A stretch of DNA of 64,000 bases, taken from the NCBI GenBank assembly GCA_030390025.1, contig CM059432.1, positions 4,464,001-4,528,000 of the forward strand, in the 5' to 3' direction. Made by a program: the position numbers and the translations under genes. Positions 11,059 to 23,424 of the stretch are shown here, piece by piece. Every line of letters begins with the position of its first letter. Within the stretch, counting starts at the first letter, position 1. Source of the stretch: Squalus acanthias. Lineage: Eukaryota. The notes beneath the pieces are model-generated. The model saw only the letters and a program-made list of their open reading frames with translations, did not search any database and was not told the DNA's origin.

Positions 11059-13465
11059 CTACCTTCCCCTCCAGTACCATCCAACACACTCACTCTTCCA
11101 TGCACCCCATTCCTCCCCTCCACACCTACAAGCTGGTGCCCATCCCCTGCCAAGCCAGTTTAAACCCTCCCTAACAGCACTAGCAAACCTCCCCGCGAGA
11201 ATATTGGTCCCGGCTCTGTTGAGGTGTAATCCGTCCGGCTTGTACAGGTCCCAACTTCCCCAGAAATGGTCCCAATACCTCAGGAATCTAAAGGCCTTCC
11301 TCCTGCACCATCTCTCCAGCCACGCATTCATCTATTCTATCCTCCTAATCCTGTACTCACTAGCATGTGGCACCCGGAGTAATCCGGAGATTACTACCTT
11401 TGAGGTCCTGCTTTTTAATCTCTTTCCTAGCTCCCTAAACTCTGCCTGCAGGACCTCATCCCTTTTTCTGCCTATGTCGTTGGTACCCTCCCCCCTCAGA
11501 GTGTTCTGCAGCCACTCAGTGACATTCTTGACCCTGGCACCAGGGAGGCAACATACCATCCTGGAGTTACATCTGCGTCCACAGAAACGCCCATCTGTTC
11601 CCCTAACCAATTAATCCCCTATCAGTATTGTGTAGGCTTCGCAAAATCCCCCAGAAACTCGAACAGAACCCTAAAGGGAGTGATTTTTGGATTTTTCATA
11701 CAAATTTGGGACGATGGGACCTAAGTGAAGTGATTTGAGGTAAAAACCTCAGTTTTGGACATTCTTAAGGACCAGGGAAGAAAAAACCCTGAGGAAATGA
11801 CTTTTGGATATTGCTGTTGGGAAAAACACCTTTCACAGACACAAGACAGGCTGCGGTGGGGTGTGGCGAGGCAGTGGACAGCTTTTGGGTATTGGGGCCC
11901 AGTCAAGCTGTCTGGGAATTGTTTACACTGCAATCCAACCAAGGAGGAAGAGACAAACCCAAAACCTCACATACACATCCAAATATGAATAATCCAAGAC
12001 CCCTTTTGAAATTCCCAGGCCCAAACAGGATGCTAGAAGCCTGAAAACAATCGGAAGCCATCAGGACAAGTTAACACCAATTTAAAATCATCAAACTTAA
12101 CGAGCCCGCCAAAACCTAAGACAATAGAATGAACAGGCCTCAACTGAAACCTAAATCACTTCAACACGAAACCAATCACCTGTAATCAACCACAGAGATC
12201 GACAGGACGCAAGCCATTTGACACTTAGTAAAGTCGTTACTGTTAACGAGGTCTTACAATGACCAAGATTTGATTTGGGGTAGATAAGGCCACTTCAATT
12301 TAGTATAATTGAAGGCCCATCAAGCAGTTACAACAGTTCAGTAAGAAGACAGTTCAAGTTCAACAGAATTGAAAGCCTGTGTTGAACAGAAGTCAGGGCT
12401 GGAGTTACAGAGTTCAGGACAAGCAGGCAGAAGGCAGTTCCACAGCTCGGAAGAAGACGGTTTAAACAGAGGCAGAGTTGCAGCAAGAAGTTAAACAAAG
12501 GCGGCCAACAGCTTCACAAGCAGACCGACACGCAAGAAGAGACCAGAGCGACTGCCTCAGTGACCATCGGACACCTCGCGACAACAAGGGCCTTACGAAA
12601 CCTTTTACTCAAAAGACTCTAAACCCTAACTCTCAACTGTCAAGGATTCGTTTGGTGAGCATTATCCCTGGTTCTCCAGAGTCCCAACCTAGCTAGTGAA
12701 GTGGGATTGGGAGGGGTGAAGTATTCTTCTAATGTTATTTCCCTCGCTTGTACCGAAGTGTTCCCCACCTTTAGAGTGATAAGAGTGTTTGTGTTGTGTT
12801 TTACTTCCTTTAATAAAAGTCAAAACTCTTTCATCCAAACCTGTTGTCTACTGCATCTTTGTTCACAACCCCCAAATAAGTCCAAGGTCTAGAACCAGGG
12901 GCGTGGGAGCGATTCGAACCGCTCACTGAGTCAGAGGTGAAGCTGACCCCACACACCACCCCCTACAATTGCTCTTCCACTCTTCTTCCTCCCCCCGTGC
13001 AGCTGAGCCACCCGTGGTGCCGTGGCCTTGGCTCTGGCTGCTCTCCCCAGAGGAGCCATCACCCCCACCAGTTTCCAGAACTGTGAACCAGTTAGCAAGT
13101 GAGATGCACTCTGGGGATTCCTGCCCTACCTGCCTGGTCCTCCTTCTCTATCTGGCGGTCACCCATTCCCTCTCTGCCTGCACATTCTGAGGCTGCGGGG
13201 TGACCACTTCTAGAAATGTGCTTTCCAAGTATTTCTCAGCCTCGCGGATGCACTGTAGTGACTCCAGCTGCCGCTCAAGCTCCGAAACCCCGAGCTCGAG
13301 TTGCTGCAGTTGGCGACACTTCCTGCACACGTCGTCGTCCAGGCCGCAAGAAGCGTTCAGGATTTCCCACATGGCACAGGATGTGCAAATCACGGGACTG
13401 AGCTGCCCTGCCATGCCTCTATTTACCAGACTATGGAGGTAATTTAGCAGAAATAAACTTAACAA
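11059..13465 (-). pseudogene. CR1 ORF1 (zinc finger, coiled coil, SGNH esterase), disrupted
   Basis: ORFs 13148-13465, 11332-11610 (VCCLPGARVKNV, GTNDIG) and 11059-11331 (DGLHLN); split by the solo LTR. Confidence 0.88.
11631..12967 (+). mobile_element. Solo LTR (1337 bp), family 1
   Basis: Inverted termini TGTAGG...CCTACA, exact 4-bp TSD ATTG, TATA-like TATAA at ~12305, AATAAA at ~12812; CR1 ORF1 continues on both sides. Confidence 0.9.
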
Positions 13466-14294
13466 GAAACACTCAACAGCTGCCCACCAATCAGCACCTC
13501 CCTCTAGTCGATAGGCTATGAACTACTTAGCAGAAATATACTGAAAACAGAACAAAAAAAAACTTACCACAAATACTCACCCTATACTCACCTCTCAGCT
13601 CCCTTGTGCCAGCGACACCTTTGAATTCTGACGTCACTCCTTCGTTGCGTCGCTTGCCGACTGTCCCCCTCGCAGGTAGTCCGCTGGCTCAGACTGTTCT
13701 AATCCCCCCAACTTTTCATCCTTTCTTTCACTCTGGCTACGTGAGGTTCCGCAAGTTTCTACATTGCTTCATCCAATTAGCTGCCGTAACTTCGGTTTTG
13801 ACAAGAATCGCTGCCCAAGCCTTTCAGCTTGACTGAAATTGGAGAGCTCGACCAAAGAGCCGGCACCAGGCACGATGAGCCGAGCGGCCTCCTCCTGTGC
13901 TGTGTCCATTCTACGATTCCAGCTGTCAATCAAGTCATTCAACTGCAGACAGGGAACAGAGGCCCTCCTGGGGGCCATTACACAGCAGTCCTCGGAGGGT
14001 TCACTATCTGAAGCCATAGCTTCTCGACTTGATGGTCCAAGCATGTCCACAGATATCTCACCGCTGAGAGATCTATGGAGCTCCCAAGGCTGGGTAAACA
14101 AAGACAGTGTGTGGCCTGTCCTTATCAGCTAAAATATTGTCTGGCAGGAATCCATTTTACTGACTGTAAACATCACTCACAGAAACTCACGTCAAAGCTG
14201 AAGAATTAACCCTTTCCTTACATTCCCAGCACAAAATTGGGAATTAAAAACCATTTAAAAAAACTCGAGGCACACTGAAGTGCACCCTCATGTT

Positions 14295-14815
14295 GTGAGC
14301 CTTGGCTCAGTGGGCAGCGCCCTTGGCCTATCGCGTTAGAAGGTTGATTGGTGCAGGTCCCACTCCAGCGGACTTGAGCACAAAATCCAGGCTGACACGT
14401 CAGTGCAGTACTGAGGTGCCGCCTTTTGGCTGAGATGTTAAACTGAGGCCTCCTCTGCCTTCTCAGGTGGACGTCAAAGATCCCATGGCCACTATTTCAA
14501 AGACGAGCAGGAGCGTTTTTTTTTTATATTAGTTCCTGTGATGTGGGCGTCGTTGGCAAGGCCAGCATTTATTGCTCATCCATAATTCCCCGGTGTCCTG
14601 GCCAATATCTATCTCTCAATCAACATTACAAAAACAGATTATTTGGTCATTATCACATTGCTGTTTGTGGGACCTTGATATGCGCAAATTGGCTGGCACA
14701 TTTCCTATATTACAATAGTGACTACACTTCAAAAGAGTACTTAATTGGCTGTAAAACGCTTTGGGACGTCCTGAGATTGTGAAAGGCGCTATAGAAATGC
14801 AAGTCTTTCTTTTTA
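14295..14815 (+). mobile_element. Deu-domain SINE with a short internal LINE-tail insertion
   Basis: Head ggctcagtggg...; tail aaaggcgctatagaaatgcaagtctttc. Confidence 0.8.
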
Positions 14816-14944
14816 TTAAAATGCGACAGCATATTGATTACAGGGAGATTTATAAAATAGAAGTTATTACTAAACATGCGATAATGAGAGACAGGAAAAG
14901 ACCAACTGATCCAATGAGCTTGTCCCATGTATTTGCCACATCTC

Positions 14945-16196
14945 ACCATTGACAGATCGCTTCTGTCATCTCTACTCCACCTACCGTCTATTCCATCAGC
15001 CTTTATCCACTCTCACCTTGGTCCTCAGAATCCCACCATGATCAGCCCCAACACCAGCAGCACCAGGCACACCAGCAGCACCAACAACAACACCAACCTT
15101 CTCCGCAATCACCTGATGCTGTAAAGGACAGAGGGCATCAGCACCCGACCACATTGCTGCCCGGGAGGTCAGGGATGGCCTCATCATGGCTGGATTTACT
15201 TCACTTGGCGCTGTACACTCTGGCTGCCACATGATGCGCCACCCCACACCAACACCACAAAGCATCCCTACAATGCCCAAACCATTCCTTTCACACTCAT
15301 CGCCATTGTGGGGGGTACCGTTATGTCTCACCATTCACTGCAACTCTCTAAGCCACTTCCAAAGGTGCACACAAATCTGTCCAAGAACGGAAAGTGTTGA
15401 AATTAAAGGTTTCAATGTTTGACACCACATGAACAGAAACTTTACGTGAACATTGGCTAAACCACCCAAGTGCCTACCCTTGTGTGTTGTTAGTTGGTAT
15501 GATTGCACTAGGATGAGGGTGAGTGTGAGGGGTGGCTAGTGTGATAAGGATGTGATAATATAGATAGAGAGGGATGGGTGGAGGTCCAAGGTAAGTTGGT
15601 GTGAGTAAGGATGTGCAGGAGTAGGGTAGGGAAGGCAGAGTGATGGGAATGTGATGAGAGGCACAGTAGGATGAGATTGAGTGTGGCTTTGTACTAACGT
15701 TTCGTGATCTACTGAGATCATTGAAATGTTTGCGGCACTGTGCCCAGGTCCTCCTGACGACATCCCTGCTGATGACCTCCTCTGTAATGTGCAACCAGGT
15801 TGTGTTGATCTCCTGGGGAGGTCTCTTCCGCCCATGGGAAGGGAAGAGGACCTCCCTGCGTGCTGTGACTCCCTCCATAAGCATATGGAGGGAGTCATGG
15901 GAGAGCCTGGGTGCAGCCCTGTGCCTTTGTGCAGTGCTTGTCAGTGTTTGCAGCACCTCAATGCTGTACAACACTGACAGCACAAATGTCAAAATAAATG
16001 TGGCCATGGTCCCTTTAAGGAATCAACTGATGTCACCAGACCCACTTCCTCTAATTGGCCAGGAAACGTGCTGGGCGGGGTTTAACAAGCCCAATCAAGT
16101 GATATTCATTCTACACAGTGTGCTGGAGCCAGCAGCGGGGTTGGGACCCGCCACCGACGCCCGCCACAGACCCACCGAGGTTGGTAAACTCCCAGC
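14945..16196. mobile_element. Internally deleted Harbinger transposon remnant (Myb/SANT gene on minus; putative transposase ends on plus)
   Basis: Myb-like ORF on minus; plus-strand AAREVRDGLIMAGFT at ~15156-15200 resembles a Harbinger transposase C-terminus; homologous to 63085-64000 and partly to MITE 47228-48083. Confidence 0.75.
15700..15935 (-). pseudogene. Myb/SANT-like (trihelix) DNA-binding domain exon of a Harbinger element
   Basis: RAAPRLSHDSLHMLMEGVTARREVLFPSHGRKRPPQEINTTWLHITEEVISRDVVRRTWAQCRKHFNDL fits the Harbinger Myb / NAIF1-like pattern (R.P.F...L...V......LF......W.........RT..QC.K.F.DL); a donor-like GTTAGT follows. Confidence 0.8.
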
Positions 16197-16590
16197 TTTG
16201 AGCACCAAAATCCAGGCTCACACTCCCAGTGCAGTGCTGAGGGAGTGCTGCACTGTCGGAGGTGCTGTTTTCGGATGAGATGTTAAACCGAGGCCCCGTC
16301 TGCTCTCAGGTGGACATAAAAGATCCCATGGCCACTATTTCAAAGAAGAGCAGGGGAGTTATCCCCCGGTGTCCCTAGGCCAATATTTCTCTCTCTGTCA
16401 ACATAACGAAAGCAAATTATCTGGTCATTATGACATTGCTGTTTATGGGAGCTTGCTGTGCGCAAATTGGCTGCCGCTTTTCCTACATTACAACAGTGAC
16501 CACACTTCAAAAAGTACTTCATTGGCTGTAAAGCATTTTGGGATGTCTGGTGGTCGTGAAAGGCGCTATAGAAATGCAAGTCTTTCTTTC
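16197..16590 (+). mobile_element. Deu-domain SINE, 5'-truncated
   Basis: Core and tail match the other copies. Confidence 0.82.
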
Positions 16591-16693
16591 ACAGGATCTT
16601 TATCACACCTTGCAACCATTCCTAATGCTTTCAAAGCTAATTCACACCCGACATAAATTTCAGACGCAATCGGCATATAGGCATCAACACAAT

Positions 16694-18218
16694 GGGCCAG
16701 ATTTTGCTGTAGTGGGGCATCAATCAGCATAAAAACATAAGAGTCAGGAGCAGGAGTCGGCCATTGGCCCCTCGAGCCTGCTCCGCCATTCAATGAAATC
16801 ATGGCTGATCTTCGACCTCAACTCCACTCTCCCGCCCGATCCCCATATCCCTTGATTCCCCTAAAGACCAAAAATCTATCAATCTCACTCTTGAATATAC
16901 TCAACTATTTAGCATCCACAGCCCTTTCGGGTAGAGCAACGCCTCATTTTCAAAATTATCATCCTTGTTTTCAAATCCCTCCATGGCCTCACCCCTCCCT
17001 ATCTCTCTAATCTCCTTCAGTCCCACAACCCCCCCGAGATATCTGCGCTCCTCTAATTCTGGCCTCTTGAGCATCTCCGATTATAATCGCTCCACCATTG
17101 GCGGCCGTGCCTTCAGCTACCTGGGCTCTAAGCTCTGGAATTCCCTCCCTAAACCTCGCTACCTCTCTTTCCTCCTTTAAGACGCTCCTTAAAACCTACC
17201 TCTTTGACCAAGGTTTTGTCATCTGCCCTAATTTCCCCTTTTGTGGCTCGGTGTCAAATTTTTGCCTTATGAGAATCGTGTGCAGCGCCTTGGGACATTT
17301 TGCTACGTTAATGGCGCTATATAAATTCAAGTTGTTGTTGTTGTAGAGAATTCCAAAGATTCAAAACCCTCTGAGTCAAGAAATTCCTCCTCATCTCAGT
17401 CTTATAAGGCCGTCCCCTTATCCTGAGACTGTGACCCGAAGTTCTAGACTCTCCAGCCCTGTCAATCCCCCTCAGAATCTTATATGTTTCAATGAGATCT
17501 GCCGTTAGGTAGACTTGCCCCCTGCCCGTTTAGGATTTTACATTTTTTGCGTGACAAGTTGCTGAGAGTGTGAGCTGATAACGGCGCAGCGAGGGGAAAC
17601 TGGGCATCTGGGACCTGAGTGAACAGGACAAGCAACAGGGTATCTCCTTCACCAATCAGATTGAAGGATTGTGAAACAAACAGAGCAAGGACTGAGAAGG
17701 AAGTGTAAGTTAGAGTGGGTGAATTCAATGTCAAATCAGGTACAGGAAAGAGAAATAAAGAGAGGGAAAGAAAGATTGAATTAAGAGTGAGACAGACAGA
17801 CAGACAGATAGAAAGGGAAAGTAAAAAATAATTACATTTTACATTTTTTAAATCTCCAACAACAATTAAAAGTTGAAGGAATGAGACTCCACATTTGTTG
17901 TAGTTAATTTTTAGTGCCAGAGAGGTTGATTGGCAGTAATTAACATGTATCACTTGAATTAACTTTCTGTGGCGAGTTTAGTTCGTATCTGCCGCGCCAA
18001 TACAGCAACTTCACGCTGTTGAGTGCATTTCAATGGTGAGCCAGACGGTGAGATGCCGTTTTCGCGAAGCTAATGGCGAAGCAACTCGGACAGCAACTTT
18101 TGGATATTTGAGTTTAACCGCCCATCTGCCCCTCGCCTGAAGTTGCTGCACCATTTGCACATAAATAACGACGAGCGCCGTTAGCCTCACCGTTATTTTG
18201 ACAGCAAAGTCTGGCCCC
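16694..18218. mobile_element. Harbinger-type MITE with a nested CR1 3' end (~16727-17497, minus) that itself contains an L2 3' end (~16940-17345, plus)
   Basis: 17-bp TIR GGGCCAGATTTTGCTGT...ACAGCAAAGTCTGGCCC (1 mismatch); TSD AAT/ATT; L2 fragment with GGRAFSYLGSKLWNSLP and a (TTG)n tail. Confidence 0.8.
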
Positions 18219-18577
18219 ATTGTGTATCAACCAGGGAATAGAAAAATACATTTCTGTCACAATGCTGAGGCAAAATCTGCTAATGTGTAATCTGTCAAAT
18301 ATTCTTCCGTACAACTGAGAACTATTTAGTCCCCGCTGAGAGGCTGGAGCTTTTCTGTATAATGTATTCTATTCCTGCGGCAAAACTTTAGTCTCATACA
18401 TTTCAGTGCTCCTGACGTTAAGATGCACTGGGCATGAAGATGTCACAAGAAGGAGGTCTTTTGCCGAGGTCCGATAATGCAGGTTTTTCATGGAAGAATA
18501 GACAGGATTTGGAATTTAACACTGCCAGAAATTAAGGAAATCCATGTAATAAAAACAGATTTTGACTTATTTACTTA

Positions 18578-19331
18578 GGGCCAGAAATTCGGCTCTCCGG
18601 CTTCCCGTGGGTGCAAGGATCGCGCGCGTACTTACCCACCGCACCTTCGGGCCCACGAGGACTTCGGCTCCTGGGCCTCCTCCAGCTGCCGGCGCGCAGT
18701 GCTTGCGTATCCCAGGGGCGCAGTTAGTTCGAAGCGTCCCCTGGGATCACGTGGGCCATGGAGAGCCAATCGGAGCAGGGAATCTCCATTCATAGATTTT
18801 GACAGGAAGACCTGTCAAATCTATGAATAGAGATCGGCCCCAAAACCTCACTAAAACTTCAAATAAATTAAAAAAAAACATCACATTTTTAAAATAACTA
18901 TAAATTACATAAATTAACTACTTTAAACAAAAATTTTAATTTTTGAAAAAATTAATTACAGTTTTTAACGGTGATAAAAATAAACTTACCTTTCTTTAAA
19001 GTATGTAAAAAAGATAAACCTGTTGAAAAAATGTTTAAATTCTACTTAATTCACCACTTACCTTGTTAAAAGCAGGCTTTGCGCCTCCTTTTTTCCTGCG
19101 CAGCTTCTCCATACTTACCCTCACAGAGAAACCGGAAAAAAAACCTGAAGTTCGCTGCGTGCGCGCTGCCTCTCCGGCGCACGCGGTTGACCCTTGAACC
19201 CCTTCTTTCACGAGACCGGAAGTTCCGGTTTCCCGTGCATGTGCAGTGCATGCGCGAAACCGGCACTTCCGGTGGCCCTACGGGTGAGTACACAGCGCGT
19301 ACTCACCCGTGGAGACCCGAATTTCTCCCCC
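18578..19331. mobile_element. Harbinger-type MITE, family C
   Basis: TIR GGGCCAGAAATTCGG...CCGAATTTCTCCCCC, exact TSD TTA; CpG-rich ends and AT-rich core; related in reverse to 34270-35922. Confidence 0.85.
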
Positions 19332-19334
19332 TTA

Positions 19335-19640
19335 GTATTTACAGCACAGAAAGAGGCCATTCGGCCCAACTGGTCATGCTCCACACGAGCCTCCTCCCAC
19401 CCTATTTCATCTCACCCTCTCACCATATCCTTCTATTCCTTTCTCCCTCATGTGTTTATCCAGCTTCCCCTTAAATGCATCTATACTATTCGCCTCAACA
19501 ACTCCCTGTGGGAGCGAGTTCCACATTCTCACCACTCTCTGGGTAAACTCTCCTGAATTCCCTATTGGATTTATTAGTGTCTATCTTATATTTGTAGTCC
19601 CCTAGTTTTGAACTCCCCCGCATGTGGAAACATCTTCACT
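19335..19640 (-). mobile_element. CR1 3' end
   Basis: Same family as 1705-1925, 37265-37487 and 60745-61060. Confidence 0.8.
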
Positions 19641-19714
19641 GCGTCTATGCTCTTGTTACTGATTTCCCAACAGTAGAAAAGGATCAATTGCAAATGGACA
19701 GAATTTTTTTTAAT

Positions 19715-20168
19715 TATTATTCATTCACAGGATGTGGACGTCGCTGGCAAGTCCAGCATTTATTGCCTATCCCTAATTGCCCTCGAGAAGGTGGTGGTGA
19801 GCTGCCTTCTTGAACCGCTGCAGTCCGTGCGGCGAAGGTACTCCCACAGTGCTGTCAGGGAGGGAGTTCCAGGATTTTGACCCAGCGACGATGAAGGAAC
19901 GGCCGATATATTTCCAAGTCAGGATGGTGTGTGACTTGGAGGGGAACTTGGAGGTGATGGTGTTCCCATGCACCTGCTGCCCTTGTCCTTCTAGGTGGAA
20001 GAGGTCGCGGGTTTGGGAGGTGCTGCCGAAGAAGCCTTGGCGAGTTGCTGCAGTGCATCTTGTAGATGGTGCACACTGCAGCCACGGTACGCCGGTGGTG
20101 GAGGGAGTGAATGTTTAAGGTGGTGGATGGGGTGCCAATCAAGCGGGCTGCTTTGTCCTGGATGGTGT
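19715..20168 (-). mobile_element. 3' end of the CR1-group LINE seen at 4890-5430
   Basis: Near-identical reverse complement (IGTPSTTLNIHSLHHRRTVAAVCTIYKMHC). Confidence 0.85.
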
Positions 20169-20489
20169 GAAAGAATTATAGAACACAATTGTTCAAAACA
20201 CCAGAAAATATCCCAGAACCTCATGCAGCAAATTGGAATTTAATTTTTTTCAGTCACTGTAAATCAGTGTCCCTTTCTGTGGTTCCTCAGACTTGTGAAA
20301 ATAGTTTTAATAAGCTGCTCTGTGGCTGATTCATTCCCTTGTCTTCAAACCAGGAGCTTGAGTGATGGACAAGCGGGGTCAGAATATCCGTGGGCCATCG
20401 ATCCCAGTGTAAATGCCAGGATCCATCCGCTGGGAGCCTCGGCCGCAGACTACAGTGGAGTTTGCTGGGTCAGGGGCAAGCAAGTGATT

Positions 20490-20840
20490 GTCAGCCGTGA
20501 CTCAGTGGGCAGCAGTCTCTTGCTTCAGTGTCAGAAGGTTGTGGGTTCAAGTCCCACTCCAGAGACTCAAGCACAAAAATCTAGGCTGACACTCCCAGTG
20601 CGGTGCTGAGGGAGTGCTGCACTGTCGGAGGTGCCGTCTTTCGGATGAGACATTAAACCAAGGCCCCGTCTGCCCTCTCAGGTGGATGTAAAAGATCCCG
20701 TGGCGCTATTTCAAAGAAGAGCAGGGGAGTTCCCCCTGGTGTCCTGGGGCCAATATTTATCCCTCAATTAACATCACTAAAGCAGATTATCTGGTCATTA
20801 TCGCATCGCTGTTTGTGGGAGCTTGCTGTGCGCAAACCTA
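20490..20840 (+). mobile_element. Deu-domain SINE lacking its 3' tail
   Basis: Head with box B GGTTCAAGTCC and the central domain. Confidence 0.82.
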
Positions 20841-21644
20841 CAACCATTTGACTCCGAGGCAAGAGTGTCCACTCAGCCACAGCTAATAAGATAGCTCTTC
20901 AAAGAGCCGGCATAGGCATGATGGGCCGAATGGCCTCCTTCTGTGCTGTATGATTCTATGATCCCTTTAATTAGAATTGAGTCATCTGAAAAGTTTTTCT
21001 GTCAAAGCTTACCTGTGAAAGGCTTAAAAGTTCACGTTCTGGTTTGTTTGGAAATCATTTGAAAAAAGATCAAACACAATGGAAAGACATACTTCCATTT
21101 ATTTCATAGATGAGGTGAGCGTTGGGAATTTTTCCACACTCTACAGACTCAGACCGTGGAATTTTGGCAATCGCAGACACAGCTGTGTGTTGTCGTCCTC
21201 CGCTGGCAAACTGCCCTGAGCAACGCATGGAAGGCCAGGGAGGAACAGGCGGCTATTGTGTTCAGTGCTGTTACGGCACAGATGTCGGGATATCGGTTTT
21301 CCCGAATTACCTTATCAAAACCCCCATCAAATCTCCTTGTAACATTCCTCAGAAAGCACAGGGAGACTACCACTGAAGCCATCAGAGGGGGCTGAATGGC
21401 CTACTCCTGTTCCTAAGTTCCTAAATTAATTAAAATTCCAAAAACGTCACTGTGCCACTTGCCAATCAGTTCTATTATTGATACTATCACTTGGTTATTT
21501 ATAGAGGTCAAAGGCGTCACTCCTAGTTGCTTAGCTGCAGGTTATTTTGGAGCATTGAATTCTTTGCCACAAGGAATAGTTGAGGCAGAAACCATGGCAA
21601 CTTTTTAAGGGAAAGCTGGATAAAGACTTGAAGCAGAGGAAGAT

Positions 21645-22927
21645 AGAATTATAGAATCATACAATTTTAGAAATTTACGGCACAGAAGGAGGTCATTCTG
21701 CCCATCGTGTCCACGCCGGCCGACAAAGAGCTCTCCAGCCTAGTCCCACTTTCCAGCTCTTGGTCCGTGGCCCTGCAGGTTACGGCGCTTCAAGTGCATA
21801 TCCAAGTACTTTTTAAATGTGATGAGGGTTTCTGCCTCTACCGCCCTTTCAGGCAGTGAGTTCCAGACCCCACCACCCTCTGAGTGAAAAAAGTTCTCCT
21901 CAACTCCCCTCTAATCCTTCTACCAATTACTTTAAATCTATGCCCGCTGGTTATTGGCCTCGCTGCTAAGGGAAATAGGTCCTTCCTATCCACTCTATCT
22001 AGGCCCCTCATAACTTTATACACCTCAATTAAATCTCCCCTCAGCTTCCTCTGTTCCAAAGAAAACAACCCCAGCCTATCCAATCTTTCCTCATAGCTAA
22101 AATTCTCCAGCCCAGGCAACATCCTCGTAAATCTCCTCTGCACCCTCTCTAGTGCAATCACATCCTTCCTGTAATGTGGTGACCAGAACTGCACGCAGTA
22201 CTCTAGCTGAGGCCTAACTAATGTTTTATACAGTTCAAGCATAACCTCCCTGCTCTCATATTCTATGCCTCAGCTAATAAAGGCAAGTATCCCGTATGCC
22301 TTCTTAACCACCTTATCTACCTGTCCTGCTACCTTCAGGGATCTGTGGACATGCACTCCAAGGTCCCTCTGATCCTCTGCACTTCTCAGTGTCCTACCAT
22401 TTATTGTGTATTCCCTTGCCTTGTTAGACCTCCCCAAATGCATTACCTCATACTTCTCCAGATTTAATTCCATTTGCCACTGTTCCATCCACCTGACCAG
22501 TCCATTGATATCTTCCTGCAGTCTACAGCTTTCTTCTTCATTATCAACCACACGGCCAATTTTTGTATCATCTGCAAACTTCTTAATCATACTTCCTACA
22601 TTCAAGTCCAAATCATTGATATATACCACTAAAAGCAGAGGACCCAGTACTGAGCCCTGCGGAACCTCACTGAAAACAGCCTTCCAGTCACAAAAATACC
22701 CTTCGACCATTATCCTTTGTTTCCTGCCTCTGAGTCAATTTTGGATCCAATTTGCCACTTTGCCTTGGATCCCATGGGCTTTTACTTTCGTGACTAGTCT
22801 GTCATGCGGGACCTAATCAAGAGCCTTGCTAAAATCCATACAGACTACATCAAATGCACCACCCTCATCGATCCTCCTTGTTACCTCCTCAAAAAATTCA
22901 ATCAAGTTAGTCAGACACGATCTTCCA
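21645..22927 (-). mobile_element. 5'-truncated CR1 (RT domain to tail)
   Basis: ORFs with VPQGSVLGP, KFADDTKIG and [18 protein letters not shown]. Confidence 0.92.
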
Positions 22928-23337
22928 TTTAGGCTGGGGTTGTTTTCTTTGGAACAGAGGAGGCTGAGGGGAGACTTAATTGAGGTGTATAAAATTATGA
23001 GGGGCCTAGATAGAGTGGATAGGAAGGACCTATTTCCCTTAGCAGAGGGGTCAATAACCAGGGGGCATAGATTTAAAGTAATCGGTAGAAGGATTAGAGG
23101 GGAGTTGAGGAGAACTTTTTTCACCCAGAGGGTGGTGGGGTCTGGAACTCACTGCCTGAAAGGGTGGTAGAGGCAGAAACCCTCATCACATTTAAAAAGT
23201 GCTTGGATATGCACTTGAAGTGCCGTAACCTACAGGGCTACGGACCAAGAGCTGGAAGGTGGATAGCTTTTTTCGGCCAGCACTGACATGATGGGCCAAA
23301 TGGCCTCCTTCTGTGTTGTAAATTTCAATCACTCTAT
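22928..23337 (+). mobile_element. CR1 3' end, head-to-head with the preceding copy
   Basis: LGLFSLEQRRLRGDLIEVYKIMRG...FFTQRVV followed by the 3' UTR. Confidence 0.9.
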
Positions 23338-23424
23338 GCAGGGCCCTCGGGGATTTCTCTAGAAACGGGCTGGCACACACACCATGGGCAGAATGGCCTC
23401 CTTCCGTGCTGTAAACCTATGTGT

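Larger units (their letters stand above)
8143..13640 (-). mobile_element. Near full-length decayed CR1 LINE (ORF1 + ORF2), with a solo LTR inserted at 11631-12967
   Basis: Collinear ORF fragments: zinc finger and coiled coil (CTSCAMWE...CRKC...LELGVSELERQLESL), SGNH esterase (DGLHLNRAGTNILAGRF), AP endonuclease (MYVNAQS, ITETWL, GDFNYP, LLDLVL), RT (SGVPQGSVLGP, KFADDTKL). The (CTATGACT)n tail runs from ~8150 back to ~6333. Confidence 0.95.

Noticed and set aside
16340..16656. Recurrent short ORFs such as MHFYSAFHDH... and LLCANWLPRF...
   Set aside because: Translations of the non-coding SINE body.
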